64,000 nucleotides of DNA from Oikopleura dioica (lineage: Eukaryota; Animalia; Chordata). Shown here piece by piece: positions 11,716-22,273 of this stretch. The number at the start of each line of letters is the position of its first letter. Within the stretch, counting starts at the first letter, position 1. The position numbers and the translations under genes are program-made. The stretch is from NCBI GenBank assembly GCA_907165135.1, contig OU015567.1, positions 7,936,001-8,000,000 on the forward strand, in the 5' to 3' direction. The notes beneath the pieces were generated by a model that was not told where the DNA came from, did not search any database, and saw only the letters and a program-made list of their open reading frames with translations.

Positions 11716-14700
11716 ATGGGAATGCTAGAAGCATTCAACCTCGCTCAGACAAAAGCACTGAATCTTTTGAATCCGTTGAAGTTCTTCCAGGGCGTCGGCA
11801 AGCCATCTTCGAACATGAATAAGTTCCTTCCAAAGAATCGTAAGAGCTGGGCAGAGTGTTACAAAAACGAAGAGATGATGCATGTTTACACGACTTCGAA
11901 AGCGGGCTTTCCAACGATGACCTGGATGCGCAGCTCGAAATACTCGATACATTACATTTTCTCAATTGCAGGCTTTGCCGCGTTTTTGAATTGGAAAGTC
12001 ATGTCCATGCAGCTTCAAAAGTGAGCAAAACTCAAGAAAATCATCAAGCTATTTTGATTTCAGAAACGAAGACTACAGAATGGAGCAAGGCGAACTGCAA
12101 GTGCCTCAGTACGCCACGAATCTCGGCTTTGGAATCCGCTTTCTTTACCTTGTAATTGGCATGGCTGCTCTTTCCGCGTTGCTTTTGCTTCCCTCGAGAA
12201 GAGTTCACAATATGTACATTCATATTCCAGACAAATCTCTCATCATAGAAAGCGGAAGGTTATTCGGTACAAAGCCGACGTACTATATTTTTGACGGAAA
12301 AGTAAGATGCCAATTTTCTTCTCATCTCATTAATTTATTGTAGGAAAACGAACGTGTCCGATATATTCTTCAAAAATCAAGGCAAAAAAGTGACAACATG
12401 AAAGGTCTGAGCACGGACAAAATCTCCAGTGGGACGCTTTCGTATCATCCGAAACTCGCTTATTGGGGTCAGACGCCCAGATTCTTTCCTAAATTCTTAT
12501 TCCTGGGCAAAGGAGAGTTTCTCCTGAATATGAACGAAATTAAGAGCATTCAGAAAAATATGCCTTTTGCTGGAGGTAAAAGTAGGGTGGGAATATTTTT
12601 TCCGAATGTTGGTCCCGAGGCTAGATATTTTTTGGGGTGAATTCTAGGGTCCTAAGAAGTCCCGAAAAAAAATTTGAGAAAAAATTTTTTTGTCGGAAAA
12701 AATTCTAGAGCCGATTGAAATTTAGTTTTTTTTAATCATGAAATATGGTTTTTTTTTCAAAAGGAAATGCCCTAGGGCAATTATTTTGTCCTTCTTTTTT
12801 CTTTTATTTTTTAGCCGCGCTTAAGCCGCAAAAAAGCCGCACCTCAAAGATGAAAATAATAGAAAAAATTATAGCTTTAACGCCAAAAATAAGTATTTTT
12901 TTTTCGTTTTTCATTTTTTTTTTGACTCAAAAACTAAGTGACCCCCTTAATAAACATAGTGATACCCTTATTTTTACAAAAAGATTCCCTAATTTGTATA
13001 TTTATATTTAAAAATCGTCAAAAATTAAAAATTCCTTTTTCAAAGGAAATTCGAAACACCATAAAGGTGTTCCTCGCCAAGAAATATGGGCATTGAGGGA
13101 ATCTTGAGGACCTGCGCGGGCCTTGGCCACACTGGCCATGTGCGCTGGGGCCTTGCGTAACTCGCGATGCGCAGAGGAGGATGCCTCCCGCGCCGCGATC
13201 CCAATGACTAACGAGGGATCGCGACGCAAAGAGCCTGAGACGGGCATGGTGGGGACATGGGGGGAAGCTCTGAGGGGCCTTGAAAAAAATTATTTTTGAC
13301 AAAAAAAATAATTTTGGCCTCTCTAGATCAGCCCGGACCATTGACAATGGTCAAAGCCGCATACGTGCGTACGTCCGTACATCTTCATCGCACGTATTAT
13401 CGGTTTCGACGCGCATCGTGAGTTGACAGGAAAGTCTGCTGGTGGGCCTAACTCGCCAGCAGGGATCCCTGTCCTAGGCGCTTTTGGCCCGGTATCAGTG
13501 GGACGGCCGACTGATATCGTGACCAGGGCAGGGCAGGGCAATGCAGGGCAGGGCAGGGCGGGGAAAGGCAAGGCAGGGAAGTGAAGGGCAGGGAAGTGAA
13601 GGGCAGGGCAGGGCGGGGAAGGGCAAGGCAGGGCAGAAAAGGGCACGGCAGGGCGGGGAAGGGCAAGGCAGGGCAGAGAAGGGCAAGGCAGGGAAGGGCA
13701 AGGCAGGAAAGGGCAAGGCAGGGAAGGGCAAGGCAGGGACGGGCAAAGCTGGGAAGGGCAAGGCATGGAAGGGCAAGTCAGGGAAGAGCAGGGCAAGGTA
13801 GGGCAGGGAAGGGCAAGGCAGCGCGAGGCATTGTAAGGCTCATCAATGCAGCGAATGGCATCGCACGGCTAGGCAACGCTGTGAGTAGCAGCGAAAGGCT
13901 GGGCAACGCAGTGAGAGGCAGTGCAGGGCTTGGCGTTGCAGTGAGAAGCCGCGCAAGCCTAGGCAACGCAGTGAAGGGCAGCGCAAGACTGGGCAACGCA
14001 GTGAGAGGCAATTCTGGGCTTGGCAACGCAGTGAGAGGCAGTGCTGGGCTTCGCATTGCAGTGAACCAGCGCAAGCCTTGGCAACATAGGGAGGGGCAGC
14101 GCAAGGCTGGCCTTAGCAAGACAAAGTCGCGCGATCAAGCTATCCTTTCCGAATGAAAATAAAGGCAACTTTCTACAAGCAACAAACAAGAACAATAATC
14201 TCGAAAGACAAGGCATATGAGCGATCTATGATTTATTCAGAGAAAAGCACAGAATGGTAAGCAAGAAAGATACTTTTCTTGTGCTGCTTGCGCTTCTTGT
14301 TTGCCTCTTTGACTTTGTTCGCCGCAGTCTCCTTCTGCTCATCGGTCATTTTAAGTCGAATCGCAGAGGTAAATGAATCGTAAGCTTCATCGCGTGTGAC
14401 CACTCCGAAATCGGCAACAACTGCGTTCGCCTTCGTGAATGCCTGGAAAGCAGCATCGAACTAATGAGGGAGGTTAGTTTCATGAAACCAAAAAGTCCTC
14501 TTTTACCTTCGAAGCATCCTTTGGTAGTGCATCAAGTGCAACCGCAAGTTCCGTAAGCCCTTGGAGACGAGCCTTAAGACTTGCCTCTTTGTCGATGGTC
14601 TCCATCATTTCGCTCACCGCAGCAGCGTGGGCAGACTTCCTAACATCGGAGCCCCGCTTTTCATCTGCATAGAGTCCTCGGAAGCAGCGACGTAGAGTCT

Positions 14701-17700
14701 CCTCATCGTCCATGAAGTGGCTCAGAGTTGAATTAATTCGGCAGCAGAAGACGGAGGCGAGCTTTGTTGAGTTGAACTTCGAGACAAAGGTGTCCTTGGC
14801 AATGCTGAAGCAGCGTTCAGCATGAACATTTGTCAATGCAACAAGGCCCTAGAAAAATGTATAAGGTACTGCTGACTCTGTGCAAGAGAGAGATGAAAAG
14901 TATCGCTTACCTCAATATCTTCCTTCGGAAGCTGCTCGAAACGGCTGAAAGTGGCAAGGAGAGGGTCGAGCTTTCGTCGAATTCGCTCATTCAAATCAGC
15001 AGCCCCACTTTCATCGTCAAGAATCGAGTTGAGAAGCTGAGAAAAGCCGGGAATCCCATTATCTCCGTTGCGCGTCATCGGATTGCCCTCAGAAGTTAGA
15101 AACAGTGCTGGGCATGCAGCGTCTCGTACAAGCTCGACAGTCTCTTGAAACGTTTTGATGAGCTTCTTGTATTCATCGAGCGTCGCTTCCTTCGCCGTTT
15201 CCGTCCAAAAGAAGAGGCAGAGATGATTCCAAAGGAGGTGCACACTCACAAGCTCAGGAATGTAGACTGGCTTGGCATTCTTCACGATTTCGGCCTCTTT
15301 TTCCTTGCCTTCGAGAGCCAAAAACTCAACGATCAAATCGTAAGTAACGCATCCGACAGCGGCATTACGGTAGAAAACACCAAATCGGATGTTCTGCTCC
15401 AGTTGAAACGGCGTGATTGGGATGTCGAGGCCTCTTTTAATTTTAACTCCTTCAAGAAACAACTGAAATTTGTTTCCCAGGCTACCTTGGTATCCATGTG
15501 TGCGGCTGGTGGTAAGAAGACCCTTCATCAAGACATAGCAGCGGGATGCTTCGTCGACAAGAGATGCCTCCAACGTGCGTTCAAGGTGCATGGCAGAATG
15601 CATCGAGCAAGTAAGATGCTCTCGCTTGAGACTATACTTCGTCGACAAAAACGCATCCACCTTCTTTGCAATCGATTTTGCCACAGCGGCGTTATCGTTG
15701 ATCAGAAATTTGCAATTCTTCGCAAATGTCGTCTGAAGATCGGCCGGAAGAGAGTCGAAGAGCTTGGTGAAGGCGTTCATCACAATGTCGACATTCTCCG
15801 TTGCCACCGGAAGCATCGCCATGCAGAAGTTCTGCTCACCTGGGACGAGAACAGTCACAACTTCATACTTCTGCATGGCCAGCTTGGACCCGTCAAAGCC
15901 AAGTCCAAACGGCTTGTCAAGACGAATGACTTCAAGGAGGTGTTCGCTATGGAGTCGTTCAGTGGCGCCAATCCAAATGCGAGCCGTTCGATCGGTGACG
16001 GAAGGAAAGCCGTACATTTCTGCGATAGCGATCATCGAGCGGCTCGAGACGTTCAATTCGACACAGCCTCGTACAAGTCGTGCTTTCGCGATCACATCAT
16101 CTTCGACACGTTCGTAGTTGCGTCCACCTACTGCAGGAAGATATTCTGAGCTTGTTGATGCTTGAGATGGGGCTGCTTGTGACGAAGGTGCTTGAGACGC
16201 GGGCGTTTCAGACGTCGAAAGTTGAGACATGGAGGTGGTGACTGCTTCGGTTGTATTCTGCCGGCGATGTCTGAGCGCTTCGACAAGCTTTTCGTAATCT
16301 TCCTTGCCAAAAGCATCAAATGATCGAATGAAATTGATCGCCTCCTGCTGATAATCGGTCGCCATTTCAACATCGATGATTGAAGACGCAGGCTCTCTAA
16401 AGAAATCATGAGTATTATGGAGGGACGCAAAGAGAAAAAATCTGAGAAAGGACCACTTACAGTTCAAGACGAGGTTTTTTCTCTTCCGGAATATCCTCTG
16501 CATAGACGATGAGACAAAAACCAGTGTACTCAGACGAGTTCTTCAGGAACTTGGTGACGAGAGCGACGTTGCGCTTGTGTTCCTTCGACTTCTTGGATGG
16601 AGGCAGCGGCCAACCACCGTTTTCCATGCGCGATTGTCCGTAGCGAGTCAAAAAGGTCTTGACATAGCCCTGGAGCGTTGCTTCAACAACATTCTTGCAC
16701 GCGGCTAACCCTTTCTTGAGCTGTCGAGAAAGGGCTTCTGCGTCGAGTTCTTGATCTACCTGATCTTTCGTCTTCCCAAGCACCTTGAAAATTTCATCAG
16801 ACGTAATTGGCTCTCCTGGAAAATAACAGGCGGAGAGATCGTTCGTGGTGGGCTTGCACAAAACCATTTTTCGTCGTTTTCGTCTTTCTCTTAGGTGATC
16901 TCTGGTAAAAATGATAAAAACTTCAAAAACATCGACTTATATAGGTTCAAACACCTACGCAATGTTCACTTTAGCCAATGAAAACACTCCAAATTTTCAA
17001 TCCTGACCAATCAGAACTCTTGAGGTAGACCAAACCATTCTAAACCGAACCATTCTTAAAATCGAACCAGTTACTATTTTCGACCACGTTGAGAAAGAGG
17101 GCGGTAATGAGCACAATGAGTCTGCAGTGGGGGAGACAACCTCAAATTGCCTCCGGCTAGATGGTCATCAATAAGCGGATGGCTCATCATTGAAAGCTTA
17201 TCCCTGACGGCTTATCCGTGAATGCTCACTCATTATGGCTTATCCCTTGATTGCTCATCGCGACGGGTAGACCAAACCATTAAGAACCGAACCATTCTTC
17301 AAATCGAACCAGTGACTATTTTTGACCACGCTGAGAAAGAGGGCGGTAATGAGCACAATGAGTCTGCAGTGAGGGAGACAACCCTATCTTGCCTAGAAGC
17401 ACCGTTTTCAGAGTGTGTTCAAGCTTATGTCATGCGAGCGCCGCGAACAGTATGAGTGGATGCTTGTTTGTTACCAGAGCAGCCTGGAAATAGACTGCGC
17501 TCTTTTCAGAAAGAACTGAAGAATCTTTTCCGAATAAGTGGTGACAAATGAAAGAGTGCGCTATTTCGAAACCTTTTCTTGAGAAATGCTTTTGGAAGCA
17601 ATTCATGGCGCTCGCCAAGGGCTATCAAGCCTTTCCTCTCGATTTTCTTGATTTCTTATGTGTTTAAAGCAGTAAATTAAGGTAAACAAGTGGTTGAAAT

Positions 17701-18545
17701 GGGTTTGTGCAGTCCAAGAATGTTTCCTTCTGATTTTGGCGAAATTTCACTTTTCAATTTTTATTCATCGATTTTTTTGAGTGGGTTCCGACAAATATTT
17801 TTTGGTCAATATAGGCTCAAAAAATGCGCAAGACGTTCTTCTTTATTGTATTGGTACTAACTCACTCCGGGACCACCCTTTTCTTAACAATTTTTTTCAA
17901 AAACCGATCGGATTTTATTGGAAAAATGGCATTGTCCATCTTCAGCGCCTCATATCTCTGAAATGAGTCATGATGACGTCATCATTCCAGTATTGAAAAT
18001 GAAGCTTAGACACTGTTCTTTGTTTAATTACTAATAATGATGACGTCATCATGACTCATCACAGAGATATGACTCATTTTTCCGATGACATGCCAAAAAA
18101 TCATGTTTTTTGCCATAAATCACGTCTCAGATGAAAATTTTCGACGAAACTTCGGGAATGTAATTTTTAGGACCTAACAAATCTACCAAGACCATTCGGA
18201 CCTATTTTCACCGAAAGTGGAAAAAATATTCCCACCCTAGGTAAAAGTCTAAATCGCTCGTTCTCCTTGTTAAAATTAATCTTAGACATTATAAAAGGCC
18301 TTTTGGAATATCATTCTCAAGACTCCTTCACTCTCAGCAGACGGGAAGCCATGACAAGTGGAGAAGAAGTCAGCAGAAATAAAATTCTAGCTCCTCTTTT
18401 GTATTTCTTTTCGATGTCAATTCTGTTATATTCTAACCAAGATGTGTTTCTTCAAAACGAGTCTATTTCATATCCAGATAATGCTATTGGCACGGCTGGT
18501 TATAAGAAATTAGTCAGTAATCTTGGTACTGTGACGGATGAATAA
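11716..18545 (+). CDS. Two-TM membrane protein, possibly TMEM70/186/223 family; interrupted by the hAT element, last exon(s) beyond 18240
   Basis: Exons at 11716, 12062 and 12343 splice in frame. Two hydrophobic segments followed by SRRVHNMYIHIPDKSLIIESGRLFG. Removing the hAT plus one TSD joins ...MPFAG to the frame of ORF 18267..18545. Confidence 0.45.
13524..14110. repeat. G-rich minisatellite inside the hAT: (GGGCA)n-like 5/10-mers, then about 8 degenerate 30-mers
   Basis: agggcagggc / aagggcaaggca arrays 13524-13820. 30-nt units ctNggcaacgcagtgagaggcagtgcNggg at about 13865-14110. Confidence 0.95.
14233..16867 (-). CDS. hAT transposase, 4 exons, about 820 aa
   Basis: Introns 16460-16397 (64 nt), 14910-14849 (62 nt) and 14506-14461 (46 nt) are GT-AG and frame-preserving. 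Candidate DDE residues in FDGS, NDNA and AERCFS, plus the CxxH motif (CSMH). Confidence 0.9.
17024..17383. repeat. Two 118-bp direct repeats (17024-17141 and 17266-17383) upstream of the transposase
   Basis: Both copies read GGTAGACCAAACCATT...GAGAAAGAGGGCGGTAATGAGCACAATGAGTCTGCAGTG...GAGACAACC with few substitutions. Confidence 0.9.
17952..18070. repeat. 35-bp inverted repeat (subterminal hairpin) containing TGAGTCA and TGACGTCA motifs
   Basis: ATATCTCTGAAATGAGTCATGATGACGTCATCATT (17952-17986) pairs with 18036-18070, with 2 mismatches. Confidence 0.85.
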
Positions 18546-18780
18546 ATTACCTGTAAATCTATTGATGGGATTTTATTTAATGCTGAGACTTTTTATTTTT
18601 ATTGTTAAGAAAACATGCGTGGCTATGATTGTTTTATCGAAGAAAAGGCGTGGAAAGCCGTTCTACTAGCTGTGCAACTGTATTGTTTGGGGAGTTCAGC
18701 GCCATGGTTACAGAGCAAATTCTGAGCTTGCTTGATACATGAAGAGTTGAAAAGTTGAGAACAAGTGAAGAGGAACCACG

Positions 18781-20624
18781 ATGGCTCAGGAGAGGAAATT
18801 TTAATTTTTGATGGTAAAGATTCAAAATGTTCGATTTGCTACCAGAAAATCATCCTCTGATAGATGCATTCGCTTCGAGACTGGTACCAGGCCAATGAGA
18901 ATATTATGGGAGATGCTTCTAACCAGCGGTTTGATGCCAATGCGACAAAGGTAAGAAAATAACTGAATTCCAGTATCTTTGGAATCAAGGAAGACTCACT
19001 CGACTCATTTTCTGCTTTCAGTTTGCAGCTCGACGAACTGTGAATGAAACGGATAATCAGACGAAATGGGATAAATACTTGAACGACTGCAGACTGGATG
19101 ATCGACTGGTGCAGATTGAGCAATGGCGGTGCGAGCTCGAGAGAGTTCTTGGAAATGCCGATGCTGAGATCAATCTTCTGGCTAGAATGAAAGATGATTG
19201 CGATGCGGCACTCGCTGCCAAGGCTATTCCAGAGTCTTGTTGCGCGGAATGCTTAGGTAATGATAGATAGATATCAACAATATATATTTATTTGAAAGCT
19301 TTATTCTTCATAGGCGGCCTCATAAATTTCATATGTCGATGACGTATTTTATTATGCAGGATATGCTTTCATTGAAAATATTCGGTTTGAATATTTTCAT
19401 TTTGAATGATCTATATTTTCAGGTTTGCGCGATGGTCGCCTCGAAATTGACGTCGTGAAAGATGTGGTACACGATGAACTTTGTAAAGAAGAAAAACTGA
19501 TCGAACGCGTGAAAGAAACGCTAGCAAAGGTAACTTATTAGTTGGACAAAGGGGCTTCTCTTTTTAATTTATGAATTTAATATTTGATTTCGGTAAATAT
19601 TTGAATATTTGTTTTAAGAGATCACAAGAGGCCTTTACGATGATAATGTCCCTAAAAGACGCCAAAAGAAGAGTGTCTGATGACCTCGAAGGAAAACATC
19701 ATGCACTTGACATCAATCGACAAGCTCTTGGACTCCATACTGAATCATCCGGACTGAGTTACATCAAGTGCGTTGTTATTTCTGCAACAGATTAGCATTT
19801 TCGAAATTTTAAGAGGCCTCGGGCGAGTTGCCCAAGGAAACTCGACTCCTGAATCCTGGAATGTGTTTTCAACAAAGAATCGCGACGAGTGCGAGGAAGA
19901 AATTCGCGCAAGCACTCAACTCAGAAGCCTGATCGAATCCGATATTCAGAACACAGCGAACGATTTGGAAGCTCAACGCATCGCTTGTGAGGTACTTACG
20001 TTAAATATTCATGACTCTAGTCAGCGATGAACCTTTTTTCGTTACTGACGGTCGTTCTAGTACGCTTTCCGCAATCGAATTCACGAATTTGAACAAACCA
20101 AGAGTGAGCTTGAATGGCAAAAGACCAGGACGGAAGAGGAACTTCAAGAAATCGAAGCGGAAATCAGAAATGTTGAAAACGCGATTGCTGCGAAAGCAGG
20201 GCCTCAAAAGGTCTGTTTCTCGCGATACGAGCTCAGAGCTGAATTGCCAGGAGTCGAGCATTGTAAGTTTAGGGATGTAGCTGAAGGTCTTTACGGCATT
20301 TTAGGCCGAGATGAACCTGCCTTTGGCTTGCACAATGAACTTCGTGAGCTGGAGAAGTCACTTGCTACTCTAAACTTGCGATTAGAAGAAGCTCAGAATA
20401 ACCGAGACCGGTAAGGCCGTGTTTAATCGGCATCTGGTTCTGAATTAGAATTGTTCAGACTCTGCCGTACCCTAGCAACAATCACCCATGATTTGGACTT
20501 GAAGCTGAACTCACTTCGCCTGGATCGCCAATGCCTTGAAGTTAGAAAGAAACTAACGGTGCCGCTCTACCGAACTCCAAGAATAGAGCCAACGATGGAC
20601 ACTCTTACTCGAACTTTTGCTTGA
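18781..20624 (+). CDS. TEKT2: Tektin-2, multi-exon
   Basis: NETDNQTKWD, EIDVVKD.VHDELCKE, NDLEAQRIACE, RPGVEHC, and C-terminal RKKLTVP align with TEKT2. The start exon is tentative. Confidence 0.85.
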
Positions 20625-20737
20625 AAATTTTATATCGCACTTTCGCAAAATCAAATATATCGAACTAAAATACAAAAAAAATGCATCTCCTTCTTTATTT
20701 GCAGTAGAAGAAAGTATCGAAAGCAAATGAGAACACA

Positions 20738-21056
20738 TTAATAATCAGGTGTGATATAGTCGTCGAGGTTTTGGTAGACTGGGTCTCGCGATACTCTAGC
20801 GAAAAAACCATTCACTCCTGAATTAATCGTTACGATGGGAAAAGGGAATGAAATTAACCTGATGCAGGGACGCCCAAAAGGTTTCTCGCGAAGGCAGACT
20901 CTCTCTTTCCAAAGGACATCATTGGGTTGAAAGCTTGACAATTTTTAGAAACATTTAATTATCAGAAGAACATAAGAAATATACTTGCACTTGCAAATTA
21001 ACTAATTAAATCTAAAACCTTCCTGAAACAACGGAAAGAATAAATAAGGTACGCAT
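20738..21056 (-). CDS. Small secreted peptide precursor, candidate neuropeptide (FNPMMSF-amide)
   Basis: MRTLFILSVVS signal-like exon, intron 21022-20934 (GA-AG), A-FNPMMSFGKR-ESAFARNLLGVPAS, 41-nt GT-AG intron, GVNGFF...DDYITPDY* (62 aa). An alternative GT donor 4 nt later gives a different short peptide. Confidence 0.55.
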
Positions 21057-21069
21057 CTCTTAATTCTTA

Positions 21070-21660
21070 TTAGCCGTCACTTTTCTTGTGCTTTATTTCA
21101 ATTGTGATCTTGCATTGCTTCAAGCTGAGTTATAAATATCGAGGCAATGAATAATTTAGGAAAGAGCGTTACCTCTGGGCCGAAATATTAATCCGCAGAG
21201 AAAACAAGTGGTGATAAAGAGTAAATTTCAAGGCAGCCGGGGCATCTTGTACGGTGCTTACTAAGGCAGACGCGTTTCTTTATTAGATTTGAATATTTAA
21301 AGCAGTATAAAAATAAATACTGACCTGTCAATAGAAACGTGGTTTCTTCGCTTTTTGATATCCTGTTTCCCTTTCTTGAGTATTGTTTTAAAAGGGTTAA
21401 TATATGGAAAAGGCGTCTCAATAAATCAGAAGGCTTGTCCAGTTTCTGATAAACACTGATTCTATCAGGGGGAGATTGACTTGTGCATAGAAATCGAGCA
21501 TCGCACGAATGAGGATGTTTAATTAGATTTGACTTTCTTGAGATGATCGGTCTCAGGGGAGATTTCAGCATATTAATTCATTTCAGTCTTTCGACTGATT
21601 AGGATCATCCTTTCAGTCAGGCATTTAAGAGACTCACGTTAATGTTGAGCAATGGTCCGC
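21070..21660 (-). CDS. Hypothetical protein, 3' exons only (5' end probably further upstream)
   Basis: The frame of ORF 21188..21571 splices in frame through two GT-AG introns to ...KITIEIKHKKSDG* at 21070. Confidence 0.4.
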
Positions 21661-22273
21661 CGCCAAATTGGGTATGAAATTTTCGAGCTACGAAAAGTCA
21701 CACTTTTTAGACGACATCAGAGAAAGTAACAGCTCTTGTTTTTGCAATTTTATTTGCAATCTTATCTATATTTTGCTCACCATTATGCCAAAGAAGGTCA
21801 AAACACGAGGATGCATCGGATGAAGAAATTGAAAAGATGATTCGAAATGAGCAAGATCGGGATTATATCTTCAAATAAATACCGACTTGTGCCTTTTTTA
21901 TTCGTTAAAAATTAATGAAAATACCATTATTTATTGTAATGCCTAAATATCCTCTGAAAAGAAATCCGAAAATCCATCATCCAACATCACAAAGATCAAC
22001 AACTACCAATTTCTATCGAGTCTTAGCCACTTGTCTCAATCTCCATTTCCTTTTATAAATAAAACTTTATAAGTAACTCGTTCTTCCTTTGAACTTCCTT
22101 CGATCCAAGGGCAGCGATACTCACAAATCTAAACAAAACATCTCGCCCAAAATCAACCTTAGTAGGTGTTAGGCGCTAGTTTCGGCAAATAGTATAAATT
22201 GTGTCTTTTCAAGTGTTTTTTTAATCACTGCTGATTGCAGTTTTGAAAGAGAAAGGAAAGAAACTAAGGCTGG

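Larger units (their letters stand above)
12583..18239 (-). mobile_element. Complete autonomous hAT DNA transposon, 5657 bp
   Basis: Perfect 21-bp TIR TAGGGTGGGAATATTTTTTCC at both ends. 8-bp TSD GGTAAAAG at 12575-12582 and 18240-18247. Internal hAT transposase. Confidence 0.95.

Noticed and set aside
13323-13801. Several Pro/Cys- or Gly/Arg-rich ORFs on both strands
   Set aside because: Direct products of the 5/10-mer minisatellite.
13524-14110. Regularly spaced repeats considered as a CRISPR array
   Set aside because: No unique spacers, degenerate tandem units, eukaryotic context, no cas genes.
15145-16149. 334-aa + strand ORF inside the hAT
   Set aside because: Antisense shadow of the transposase exon with no independent motif.
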